A stretch of 64,000 nucleotides of DNA from Octopus vulgaris (lineage: Eukaryota). The DNA is taken from assembly GCA_951406725.2 (NCBI GenBank), contig OX597815.1, forward strand, positions 35,960,001 to 36,024,000. Direction: 5' to 3'. The notes beneath the pieces are model-generated. The model worked only from the letters and a program-made list of their open reading frames with translations. It had not been told where the DNA came from and searched no databases. Positions 39,240 through 51,054 of the stretch are shown here, piece after piece (positions within the stretch are counted from its first letter, which is position 1; every line of letters starts with the position of its first letter). The position numbers and the translations under genes are program-made.

Positions 39240-39420
39240 ACAGACTATTATTAGTTTTAGCTATTGTTCTAGTCGTTCAAAGCCCCTGTGATTATTACAG
39301 TCCCACTTCTGTAGGGAACTGCTTCCATGTTACATGAACAATTATTTGTTTTAGCTACTTTTCTTGTCTTTCAAAGCCCCTGTGATTATACAGTCCCATT
39401 TTTAAAAATGGGACTGTATA
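39240..39420. repeat. ~85-bp tandem duplication ending in a perfect 34-bp palindrome
   Basis: attatt.gttttagcta.t.ttct.gtc.ttcaaagcccctgtgatta occurs twice; palindrome tatacagtcccattttt|aaaaatgggactgtata at 39387-39420. Confidence 0.9.
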
Positions 39421-39529
39421 TGTCTTTCATATAATAATTATATATATGTATGTGTATATATATATATATATACATGTGTGTGTGTATGTGCGTGTGTGTG
39501 TGTGTGTGTACGTACATATATATATATGA

Positions 39530-39577
<48 letters not shown>

Positions 39578-40149
39578 TATATAAGGAAAGGCATTGAAAC
39601 CAGTAGCGTCTCAAAAGTCTAAAACTTCACATTTACGTAAAAATACTTAGACAGAGAAAGAGAGAGAAACACAGACAGAGAGACAGAAAGGGGGAGAGAA
39701 AGATATATTACACACATACATACATACAAACATACATACATACATACATACATACATACATACATACATACATACATACATACATACATACATACACGCA
39801 CACATATATCCATAAATGCATACAAACATTCAGACACATATTGTTTGTTTTTTAGCATAGTTATCTCCGTGTTTTAAAGGAGAGATGAGGAATCAAATGT
39901 GATGCGCCTTTCTTTATTTAGCAGGAGCCATTATCAGACAAACTATTGCAGTGGGGGATCCCATGCAAAACTGAACAAATTGCCGATGGAAGAAGAGTTT
40001 AAAAAATGGAGCCCCCTAATAATAAAAGATACAAGTTTAAGGAAGTAGCTCCAAGGAGTGTACATGTTCGAAATATGTGCAGGAGTGCAATTTACAGAAA
40101 CATAAACAATAATATTAAAGATCAGGAAGACACCACGTCGTGTTTTCAT

Positions 40150-40168
40150 ATGTAAATGTGTGTGGGTG

Positions 40169-40200
<32 letters not shown>

Positions 40201-40610
40201 TGTATGTATGTATGTATGTATGTATGTATGTGTGTATGTATGTGTGTATGTATGTAAGTATGTGTGTGCATGTATGTATGTATGTATGTATGTATGTATG
40301 TATGATGTATGTATGTATATATGTGTGTATGTATGTATGTATGTAAGTATGTATGTTTGTATGTATATATTGTATGTATTGTATGTATGTATGTATGTAT
40401 GTATGTATATATATGTATGTATGTATGTAAGTATGTATGTATGTATATATTGTATGTATGTAAGTATGTATGTATGTATATATTGTATGTATGTATGTAA
40501 GTATGTATGTATGTATATATTGTATGTATGTATGTAAGTATGTATGTATGCATGTATAGGTATGTATGTGTGAGTGTGTGTATATATATACATATATAAA
40601 TACATATATG
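40150..40610. repeat. Long complex (TATG)n array; further arrays at 39715-39795 and 41362-41525
   Basis: Direct reading; source of the long YIHT/MYVC ORFs. Confidence 0.97.
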
Positions 40611-40976
40611 AATGATTGATTGAACGATTGTATAATGTGTGCGCATGAAAGAAAAAAACGCGATTATGAGACAAAAATATAGGTACGAGGACATTGGGAC
40701 AAGAGGTGAGAGAGAAGAATTGAGATGGCGAATGAAAGTTATAATTAAAAATGAAATTTCTTTTTAACTATTTATAAATAACGAACAGTCTTTGGGGAAA
40801 TGTATTTCCTTTACGAAGTAACAATGGAACATGGAACAAACTACATTAATGCCAATTAAAGTCACATCAAGATAGATATATGTGTTTGTTGCTATACAAA
40901 TCCTCCTCCAATCATCACAGTTATCACAATTATCATCATTAATTGTTGTTCAATAAATTCTGAAGTATCTGCTTAC

Positions 40977-41039
40977 CGCCATTACAAATTCAAAAGGGTA
41001 TTTGTAGACCCTGACAGGGGACTGGTATTTGTGAACCAT
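40977..41039 (-). CDS. SEC14L1: First coding exon of a SEC14-like protein 1/5 (real-time) orthologue, PRELI/MSF1 domain N-terminus; whole exon about 40977-41071 including 32 nt of 5'UTR
   Basis: Minus-strand translation [21 protein letters not shown] (63 nt), near-identical to the human SEC14L1 start [21 protein letters not shown] as recalled. Donor GCG|GTAAGC at 40976; acceptor after a long (CT)/(T) tract, ...tctgtcAG at 41073-41072. Confidence 0.95.
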
Positions 41040-41554
41040 TCTGCTGCTTATCCTTTAGGGTATTGAAGTAACTGACAGACGAAGAGAGAGAGAGAAAAAA
41101 GAAAGAAAAAAAAGAAGGAGGAAGAGATTTACAGAATGTTCATTCAATTATCGTCTCGCAGTTCCGTCATGATTTGTTTTGTTCTATTGACAATGTCAAC
41201 GTCGGATTGGTGGGAGGTAATCTGAAACTATGGAAGATCAAACGCGCCAGCGAAAGTAATATTAATCCAGTTGCACTTTTCAAAGCTTGTGTTGTTGTGT
41301 ATGTTGTGGGCGAAAGAAAAACATTACAATTGAGGATTTATTACACACACGCCCATATAAGTATATGTATGTACGTATGTATGTATGTATGTATGTATGT
41401 ATGTATGTATGTATGTATGTATGTATGTATGTATGTATGTATGTATGTGTCTATGTATATATGTATGTGTCTATGCATGTATGTATGAATAAATGTATGT
41501 ATGTATGTATGTATGTATGAATGAATAAATGTAACTATGTATGCATAGTGAATT

Positions 41555-41720
41555 CAAAAATAAAGACAAAGACAGGAAAAATCAAGGAAAAACAAAATGT
41601 CAAAAGGACGCGCACTGATTATATCAGACAGAACGAAAAAGGGAGTGTGACGTTTCAAGCATGGCTCATCGTCAGAAAGAGGAAAGACGAAAAACTCACG
41701 AGAGAAGGAAAAGAAGGTGT
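41555..41720 (-). mobile_element. Penelope-like pseudo-LTR fragment (second copy at 59165-59350)
   Basis: Two diverged copies share gtgtgacgtt..aagcatggctc.tcgtcagaaagaggaaaga; both lie next to microsatellites and carry a hammerhead-type core. Confidence 0.55.
41649..41675 (-). ncRNA. Minimal (Penelope-type) hammerhead ribozyme motif
   Basis: Minus: CUGACGA-U-GAGC(cau)GCUU-GAAAC-GUC. Intact CUGANGA and GAAA boxes, a 4-bp stem II, a palindromic ACGU stem III and a GUC cleavage triplet; stem I is weak. Confidence 0.6.
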
Positions 41721-41739
41721 GTGTACGTACGTATGTATG

Positions 41740-41777
<38 letters not shown>

Positions 41778-41914
41778 TATATGTAAATATATGTATGTGT
41801 GTATATATATATATGTGTGTGCATATATACTTATATATATATAAACACACACACACATGTGTGTATATATATTTATGTATATATAAACACACACACGTGT
41901 GTTGTGTGTGTGTG

Positions 41915-42140
41915 TTTGCGTGTGTGTGTGTTTGTCTGTGTTTGTCCCCCCCACCACCATCGCTTGACAACCGATGCTGGTGTGTTCACATCCCCGTAAC
42001 TTAGCGGTTCCGCAAAAAGAGACCGATAGAAGAAGTACCAGGCTTACAAAGAATATGTCCTGGAGTCGATTTGTTCGACTAAAGGCAGTGCTCCAGCATG
42101 GTCGCAGTCAAATGACTGAAACCAGTAGACGAATAAAGGA
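41915..42140 (+). mobile_element. SINE family A 3' half
   Basis: gtttgtcccccc...cttgacaaccgatgctggtgtg...gtcgcagtcaaatgactgaaac. Confidence 0.88.
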
Positions 42141-42141
42141 A

Positions 42142-42172
<31 letters not shown>

Positions 42173-42173
<1 letters not shown>

Positions 42174-42350
42174 CTTGTTTCAGTCATGCTGGGGCACCAT
42201 CTTAAGCGAATCGACCTCAGTACTTTTTTTAAGCCTATTACTTATTTTATCGGTGTCTTTTGCCGAACCGCTAAGTTACAGGGATGTAAACACACCAACA
42301 CCAGTTGTGAAGCGGTGGTGGAGGACACAGACACATACACACACACACAC
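42173..42350 (-). mobile_element. SINE family A 3' half, tail-to-tail with the previous copy
   Basis: acttgtttcagtcat...ttttgccgaaccgctaagttacagggatgtaaacacacc. Confidence 0.82.
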
Positions 42351-42351
42351 A

Positions 42352-44600
42352 TAAACGCATTGCAGACGCGCTCGCACACACACATCTCGGCTTGGCTTCG
42401 CGAACGAAGATTAAGAAGGAGCTGGTCTACGTTTTCTGCTCATACACACACACAGACACACATACACACGCATTGCAGATGCGCACGCACACACACACAC
42501 ACACATTTCGACTTGTCTTCGCGAAGGCACGTTCGCTGACAAGGCCAATGCGGCACAGACAGGCACGGCTGCAATGACTGCAGTTGAAGGTTTGGTCAGG
42601 ATTTGATGGCACGGTTTTTCGGTTCTTCCTCCAACACATTTTTGTCCTTAAAAGTGGCCCTGCGAGGTTTTTTCAAAGGAGGAGACAGCATGGTTGATTG
42701 TGAGATGCCAGGCGTCAAGGTCCTCGGCTAGGGCGAACTACTGGTGAAGGTCGATGTGACCGGCACCAAAGGATTTTTTCAGACAATACCTGTATTGTTC
42801 CTTTGGTCTTGGGCAGGAGATGATCCTTCATCCTGAAGACATGCCCTACCCTGCGTAGCAGGGTCTTCAACAACATGGCTTTGCTACTGGCGACTTCTGC
42901 TTGTTTAAGGACTTCAACATTGGTGATGGAGTCAGTCCAGTGGATGTTGAGGATGGGGCGGATGCAGCGCTGGTGGAAGCGCTCGAAGAATTATAGATGT
43001 TGACAATAAGTGACCCACGGCTCTGAGCCATACAGAGGGGATGGGAAGAACTATGACTCTGTACACGCTGATCTTAGTGCCCTTTTTTGAGATTGTTGTT
43101 CCACACACGTTTGTACAATCTACAAAATGCACTGTTCGCCTTTGCTAGTCTGTTATCGACTTTCCTATTGATCTTAGCATCTGATATGATGGTACACCCC
43201 AGGTAGATAAACTAATGGACCGTTTTCAATTCAGTCTCGCCAATCGTGATATGGGAAGGGCGGTACTCTTCCCGAGGTGCAGGATGGTAAAGTTCCTCCG
43301 TCTTTTTAACCTGACTTCCAGCCGAAAGAACTGGGAAGCTTCTGCTAATCAGGAATTGATACACTGCAAGGTTCTTTCTAAGTGGGCAATAACGGCAGCA
43401 TCGTCGTCATAGAGGAGGTCTCGGAGCAGTTGTTCCAGGGTCTTTTGTGGGCCTGTAGTCGTCGGAGTGATCGGAAAGGGTTCCGTTGGTGATCGGAGAG
43501 GTCACTGCTAAGCCTGACGTGACAACACTAGTCTTCGTGCAGCTGAATGATCATGTTCAAGAACTTTGGGGAACAACCATGATCTGCCACATGCCTTTCC
43601 TACTCAGTGTCAAATGCTTTAGTCAGGTCAACAAATGTTACATACAGCCCTTTATTTTGTTCCTGGCACTTCTTTCGAAGCTGCCTGAGAACAAGCCTGT
43701 AGGCTCTGAATCCGCCAGAATAACTTGTTGTCAGGTTTTCAAGCTTCTAAGCTATTGAGTTTCTGATCATGAAGCCAATGTCCGAAAGGTGCCTCTCTGC
43801 TGTTGTTTTGCCAGACCAGTAGAGAGTGTATTCGGCATCAAGCTCTTGTAGGTTACCTTCCTTTGGAAAGCGGACTTCACTGACAGCATCGATATCAACA
43901 TGCAGTCTTGACAGTATGTGTGCGATTAAAGCGGAGCTACGTTCTAAACGTCTGCTGTCGGCTGTGTCTATCATGGTGCTGATGTTCTAACATGCAATTT
44001 TCAATCCTTTTACGCCGTTATAGGTTGGTGTGTACCTTTTCATTCTTGATATTGTTCGACCGCAAGAGAAGATATCCGTTGACCGCGGTTTGCCAAATAT
44101 GGGTATAGGAGATGAAATTTGTTTAGGCCACTTTTTCTAGGTCTCTCTCCATGTAAAGCAAGCAGTCCTAGAGAAGGTTGCTTGGTCATTCAGGTTGTGC
44201 CGAATGACGATGTCATCTCCGGGTCAACATCAGACGACCAACATCCTGGATCGCCTGCATACAGGACCGCAACTTCCAGAGTCATCTTCCACTTGCCGTT
44301 TATACCCCTTTCCCATCGTCACTGGGTTTGGTATGATTGGTGTTTGCGGACGGGTCCGTCGAACCTGAGCAGTGGAGCTTTTAGGTGATGTGCAGTGTGC
44401 GCTGAACTGCTCCCCACCTTTTACACATGAGCTTCATCTGCCATGGCGCGGAAAGCTGGGACGGTAACAGCAAGGTCCTCAGGTCGTAGGTTTTACGTCA
44501 GAGTTTCATCATCCTAGCCTCTGGCTTAAAAACCTTCCTCCGAAGCGCGGGAGCAGTCACCTTGGTTGTACGTGGCTACCGGTTGCTACAAGACATGTCC
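42352..44600 (-). mobile_element. Internally deleted RTE-clade LINE with 5'UTR, AP endonuclease, RT and C-terminal Zn-finger relics
   Basis: LKIAC*NISTM...RSSALIAHILSRLHVDIDAVSEVRF (APE); LLRDLLYDDDAAVIAH (RT YADD-like); NRLAKANSAF; FNCSHCSRACLCRIGLVS (Zn finger). Confidence 0.9.
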
Positions 44601-44924
44601 ACGGACCCAGAATCCTGGCACGTCATGTCTGTCTAATATACCTAGCCATTAAGACTATTTAACCCATAGATGAGTAATACTCTAAACGGTACTACCGCTC
44701 CGGGTAAGAGCGGAACGGGGAGTAATGGCGACTAAGGAGTAACTCTATTCTCCTCAGAATCACAGAACACACGCACTGGAGCCTCACCACTGGATGCAGT
44801 TTAGGGTCATTCTCTTTTAGTAATTGGGCTGTGGCCATGCTGGGGTACCGCCTTGAAGGGTTTTAGTCAAACAAAGAGACCCCAGAACACGCTTTTTAAA
44901 GCCTGACACTTATTCTATCGGTTT

Positions 44925-45870
44925 GGGGGTGAGCATTCACAGCTCCGAGGAACAGTCCATTATGATAACTGTAGAAAAGGCAAATAGAAGTGACAGTGCA
45001 CCTGTGGACCAGAGACTGGAGGGTGTCCGTGAATGATTTTATGCTTGTCAGTCGGATAACACTTTTCTAGATATGGTCCATATTATCTGAGTGTATAACA
45101 ATAGCAGCGTCCTTGATGTGAAAGTAATATTCAGTTGCAGACCTCATCAGAGCTTTGTCGAGTGTCAACAATTGTAAGGAGCTGAAGTTCCATATTAAGT
45201 GTGTGCTTTCCACGCCCAATGTTTGAAGCTCTCGAGAAGGCTCTGACTGCACGATGCTCATGATTAAGAGATGTGCAATGCGATAATATTTCATTGATAT
45301 GAACTGCATTTGAGTGCCTTTGTTGTTGAAAGAAACAAGATTAGCATGACCCCATTGAGGGATCCTTTCGAGGTCTCTGTTCATGGAGTTGGTGCAGATT
45401 TGGCGTGTGGTATCTATGTCGCGTGAGGGTGATAGATAGTTATGAAAGACTGAGGAAGAATGAAGGCTTACGTCGGAATGATGGTGAGTAAACCATTGAT
45501 GAACAGGAGGAATAGAATAGAAACTAAAACTAAACCCTCAGACATACTAGACTTCATGATGTGAGTGACGTGAATTATCTTTTGTGTATTTGATGTTGAT
45601 GGAAAACGAAAATATCTTTCTAGGGCTGCGTGTAAAAATGATTAACAACATTCACCAACAATTGACAGAAGCTTTATTTACTGCACATAGTGTTTTCAGT
45701 GTTGGTCTTTGGATGAAAAATAACAACGACAATTACACGCCAGGAGAGACATACTCTGGAATTTACGACAATCTAACTGGTATATCGCGATCTGTGGTTG
45801 GCCTATCACAATTGGAAAGTAATTGCACTATCTTCACAACGACAAAATCTGTCTTCTAAACTAGCATGAG
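44925..45870 (-). mobile_element. Highly degenerate CR1/Jockey/I-group LINE RT relic
   Basis: SEGLVLVSILFLLFINGLL (PQGSVL..LFL.FINDL), NRDLERIPQWGHANLVSFN, LQSLVHRCTVTSICLFY. Confidence 0.7.
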
Positions 45871-46184
45871 AATGGTGACTCAAGCCAACTCAACACTGGG
45901 GGAACAGCTGCCTCACATTCTGGAGTTACCATCAAAAACATACCTTTAAATAAGGCTCCAGTTCTAGGAAGTCGAATCATGCGATGGCTTGACGATGATT
46001 GGTCGGTTAATCGGCCGATCACGTGAAACGACTATAATTTAATTGTGATATCTACTCGGCTATCCAGCGATTCGGCTTCAAATCTGCTATATGAGGAGCA
46101 CTCTATCATTTCCGATAAAAGATTTGCATGCTCGACACGGTCAGAAGTTTTAATGATGTCGAGGGTGACAGCTTTCATTTGTAA

Positions 46185-46751
46185 TCTATATATATAAAGC
46201 TGAAGTTGTCTGTATGTGTGTGGCAGGTTTGGTAGCCTTCAACTAACACTATCTCCTCCGAGACCCTGCGGCGCAAGTTGACCAAAATTGAGAGTATGGT
46301 AGAAAAAGGCTTGCTCTTCCTTCTGTAGAAGAAAAAATTCAAATCGGACTATGTTAAGACCAAAAATTATTTACATCAAAAAGGTGCTTTTTTTCTATGA
46401 AAATACCTATTTTTTACGATTTTTTTACTGCTGTGTCGCCATTTTTCAACTAGAAAATTGTTCAATTAAAGAGAATAACAAGCTACATAATGCAAAAGTT
46501 TTACTTTTCAAAAATTCAAATCGGACCATGTTAAGACCAAAAATTATTTACATCAAAAAGGTGCTTTTTTTCTATGAAAATCCCTATTTTTTACGATTTT
46601 TTGACTGCTGTGTCGCCATTTTTCAACCAGAAAAATGTTCAATTAAAGAGAATAACAAGCTACATAATGCAAAAGTTTTACTTTTCAAAAATTTCAATTC
46701 TAAAGGGTCGAAAAGAAAACAAACCCGAGCAACGCTGGGCTATACTGCTAG
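46185..46751 (+). mobile_element. Non-autonomous Helitron with an internal 177-bp tandem duplication
   Basis: A|TCtatatatataaag 5' end; aaacccgagcaacgctgggctatactgCTAG|T 3' end; duplicated unit at 46351 and 46528. Confidence 0.88.
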
Positions 46752-47279
46752 TTCTATTTAAAATGTATGTACAATGTTTTATGCATTTTTTTAGTTTTGT
46801 GCAACAAGTAAAATATGCGAAAGAACGATAAAATTGTACAAATAGTTCTTTTAGATTTCGGCGAGTGACGATGTGATATATTATCCACCCAAACACTTAA
46901 CATTTTTTCGTATTTTATTGCGTGTGCATGTTAATTTAGAAGTGTTATACGCTTAATTCCTTATGGTCTTAATAGCTGACAATGCAAGTCTCTTGCGTAG
47001 AAAGTTTAGCAAAGGATTCGATCAAATAAAATTACTCGCTTTCAGAGTGATAATGTAATAATAAATATATGATTTAAACCATATAACATGTGAAAAATAA
47101 CGGTATACATAATGAAATAAATAAATAAGTTTTACGGTTTCTTTTTCTTCTGAAAGTTAATCAGTGTTTCCGGCGGAGATAAAGTATACACATACATAAT
47201 TCGGCCATCAGCACACAGAGAGAAGAGTAGATGAAGATTATTTGGGTTGTACTCCCTAATATTATAAGAATCTCTCAAA

Positions 47280-47790
47280 ACCAACTAAAATATATCAGTA
47301 TCAGTTGCTCCTGTACACACGAATAAATTGAGCAACAAGTTGACACCTCAGACTTCTGTTGGCAGCAGTTTTCTCTGCATCGGGCCATATGATATTGGCC
47401 TCTCGTGTCGGTTATGAATGTTCTGCGCCATGTAGCTTTTGATCTCTTTCTTTTTCCCTCCGTTAGTATTCGTTTGAAAGCCGTTTTAGAATGATGCTGT
47501 TCCAGTAGCCAGAGCATGTAGCTTGCCAGTTTTAACCTTTGTCCTGTGATGATTTCACAAAGTGGTCTTGAGTTGGCTGTCTTTAGAATGGCTTCATTGG
47601 TTAAGTGGTTCAGCTAGTATGTTCCTAGAATCTTTCTCAAGCATCCTTGGTGGAACACATCTAGCTTTCTATCGATTTTCACGGTGCTCTGCCACATCTC
47701 ACTCGGTAAAACTATACTACTATAGAACCGGATCTTTGTGGGTAAGCAAATGGTGTTGGAGGAACAAGCAGTGCACATTTTCTGGGATAT
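47280..47790 (-). mobile_element. RTE LINE RT C-terminal relic
   Basis: LPTKIRFYSSIVLPSEMW...KLDVFHQGCLRKILG...KRKRSKATWRRT. Confidence 0.8.
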
Positions 47791-47795
47791 GACTG

Positions 47796-48230
47796 GGATC
47801 TTTTCGGTTTGAACGGCAGTTTCTAACATGGGATCCTTTCGGTTTGAACTATAAAATCTCAGCAATAAAATACACACTATTTGATATTAAAAATTAAGGC
47901 GATCCTTCGGTATAACTACGCACGTGGCTTTGTTTACATTTCTGAAGATAACAGAAACCCTTTTCTCCCACCCCTACCTCTACCCCTAATACAAACTCTA
48001 GCCCTAACCCATCATATATATAAAAAAAAACACTTTCTTGAAATGTATCCTGTACTTCCGGTACTTAAACCGAAGTTACGCCAAAATTAAAAATTCAGAA
48101 AGGAGTCATTAGAAATAAATAATTCGTTAAGGTTTTCTAACGAAATTTTAATTTAAATCCTGGTGGTAGCGTACTTTATAGTAGAGGTGTAAATTTAGAG
48201 AAAAGGTGTCCCAAATTTTATGAGATTTCA
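47796..48230. mobile_element. GGGATC-TIR DNA element fragment with a tandemly duplicated terminus
   Basis: gggatcttttcggtttgaacggcagttt followed by gggatcctttcggtttgaac; same TIR as 57511-57926; right boundary uncertain. Confidence 0.65.
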
Positions 48231-48392
48231 GTTGGCATTGAAAGATTCTAGTTCTCTAATTTGTGGTAAAACCGGAACGTACAAAACCAACAACCTTCAT
48301 CTCTTTGGCTGCTGATGACAGAGTTATATTTATGTATAATTTTCATACCTCCGGTGCAAACATGGATTCGTGTTATAGAAAACATACACATA

Positions 48393-48431
<39 letters not shown>

Positions 48432-48988
48432 ATTATGTGTAATTTGCTCTATTTTTCACGTGTCATGTCATTTAATTCTTTCATTATATTATCATCCTGA
48501 AGTTAAATTTTCTGTTTCATTAAATTATTTGCTAACCTCTGCACGAAGAAATAATATTCCCGTTACGAAATATTTATTCCTATTTCTATTATGTTTTATC
48601 TTCTTTTTCTCTTTTTTAATTTAGAGTTAATTTAGATCAGTTACCACCTGTTTGTTAGCCTGATTGTGAAAGAAAGCATCGTCTAACGTGATCTTTTCGA
48701 CAACTCTTAGGATGTGATTTGAAGGAGATTTGGCTGGTAATACAAACAAGTTGAACAGCTACACGGAGGTTTCCTCGTTGGGTCGAAAAGTGTGCTGTGA
48801 TGATACGTAAGAGGGCGGTGACGAATTGGGGCTTTTCGTCATTTAGTTGTGTTGGCTATGGATAATGAACATAATTTATTGTATGAGGAAAAGTTTTTGT
48901 ATTTAACTTGGTGTGGTTTATGTTTACTTTAACTCCCGGTCACCAAAGCAAAAAAAAAAAAGTGTAATAGTTGTAGAAAAAATATGTA

Positions 48989-49510
48989 CCGTAAATCCTC
49001 GAGTATAATCCGCATTTTTCCTCCAAAATTTAACGGCCAAAATCCCTAGTACGTACTATATACGAGGTTACAAATATAAAATATTTTCTAAGCAATGTCC
49101 GAGTCTCTATTTGCTGTCCGGCAATGTTTATTCAGACGCATTTTGTGATGTCGGGCACGAAAATACCTTAAGCTAAGCCTGAAAGCAATGAAGTCATAAA
49201 AGAATCATCCACAACTTGCAGTAAGCAATATTTATTAAAATAAAAGTATTCAGAGAACAGAATAACATGTAACAAAATCAATTTGCAAACATATTTACAT
49301 TCCCATATAACAGTTAAGAACATCACCATTATTGTATTACGCATACGCAGAAGTGTTTGTTCGACTAGGTGCTGCTGGCTTAATTATGCACGACTAAAGT
49401 TAGAGAAGGGGTGCGTATTATACACAAGGTTTAGGCTTTTCAGCGGTACAGCCCCCTAAAAATCCCCTGCGTATTATACCCAAGGGCGGACTATACTCGA
49501 GGATTTGCGG
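48989..49510. mobile_element. pogo/Tigger-type (Tc1/mariner superfamily) MITE
   Basis: 25-bp TIR ccgtaaatcctcgagtataatccgc / gcggactatactcgaggatttgcgg (2 mismatches); TA TSD on both sides. Confidence 0.88.
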
Positions 49511-49842
49511 TATTAAACGAATAATAAAACAAAAATTTGTGTAAACTAACCGGGTGTTTGGGAGAGGACTTTCGGAAATTTCACACGGTCCGAGTTTTTC
49601 CCTCATAACTTTTATTGAAATTTTATATAAATACCTTTCAAACGGCATAGATTACGATTATAAAGAAATTTGCGGGGAAAATATTTTTTCCGAGGGGAAG
49701 GGGAGAGGACTTTCGAAGAGAAAGAAATTCATTTTTTTTTTTTCTTGAGTGTAATGGAAATAAGTTTTAAAAAAAAATTTTAGATTCATTTATTTTTCGT
49801 TTGAGTAATAGAATAAGGTATTTTAAAAGACCTCAATGGTGG

Positions 49843-50430
49843 TGTAAGGACAACGACCGTATATAAGGAGTTGGTGACAGAAATGTCTCCTTTTAAACGC
49901 CGCACGGTCGTCCCGCAGAAGATAGCCACAATACATGGTATAGAGAATAAGTGCCAAAAGGAATTAGAAAGACGACACAACCGTTACACGACGTGTTCAA
50001 CCGGCTTTCTGCCTTGTGACCCCAACATCCTGTTACAGGACTATTACTATTGTGTAACCTTACTACGAACTTGTAAATTAACTCCATCTTGTCTAAAATA
50101 TCCCGAGAGACTCTTTTCTATGCTCTGTATTTTTGTCTTACCCGCATACACCTTTGTACTTATGTTCACTCTTGTAACGCACACACGAACACACAGACAC
50201 AAACACTTGTCGCATGCACCCAGACACTCCACTTTGCTAGCACCCAAACACACTCTTATTGTACACATCTGTAAATAAAGTCTATCTTTCTCTCAAACAG
50301 CAGAACGGTTGTGTCGTCTTTCTTATTCCTTTTGGCACTTATTCTTTTATATCATGTATTTGGCTTCTTTTTCTAGGGCGACCGCGCGGCGTTAAAAAGG
50401 AGACATTTCTGTCACCAACTTCTTACGTAC
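49843..50430. mobile_element. LTR-like family fragment with ~125-bp inverted arms
   Basis: 49859-49985 pairs with 50304-50430; 49990-50430 is homologous (reverse) to 51700-52340. Confidence 0.75.
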
Positions 50431-50431
50431 C

Positions 50432-50579
<148 letters not shown>

Positions 50580-51054
50580 CTTTAAACTCACCCTCGGAAC
50601 ATCACACCTCTACCTTCAATTAACTTTTTAAACCTCGTAATAAATATAACGTTCTCCCTACCGCACATCTTGAACGCTTCTCTCACCTTTTTCTTTCTCC
50701 CTTTTTCTGTATCATCTTTGCCTTATCCTTTTTCTATCCTTTTTCTTTCTCCTCTCTTTCCCTTCAAATAATCACGTGAAAGCGTAACAATTACATTCTC
50801 TCTACGTCACAACGTGGACGTTTCTCTCCCCCTCTTTTTCTTCCTCCCTCTTTTCTCTCCCTTTTTCTCTAATCATGTGAAAGCATTACCCGCGGGATAA
50901 GTAACGCAATGACAAGCAGAATTATTATAAGATACATTCCAGTAAAAGTATCATTCACCTTCTACCATACCAATCATTAAAAACCTTGACTGCATTGTAA
51001 TCTCAAATGACTTTAGCAATGATCTCCAAGAGAAATTTCATGTCTCATTGAATA

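Larger units (their letters stand above)
4357..40976 (-). other. SEC14L1: 36,620-bp GT-AG intron of the SEC14L1-like gene
   Basis: Bounded by the donor at 40976 and the acceptor at 4357. The joined exons read in frame ...EFVMA|AYEKRF..., matching the contiguous homologous protein. Confidence 0.9.

Noticed and set aside
39943-40694. Longest ORFs in the track (243 aa and 182 aa, YIHT/HTYI-rich)
   Set aside because: They are translations of the (TATG)n microsatellite with no protein features; the same applies to the many CV/YI/HT/LS ORFs.
46351-46761. 136-aa ORF with an internal 59-aa repeat
   Set aside because: It arises from the 177-bp duplication inside a non-autonomous Helitron; no Rep/helicase motifs.
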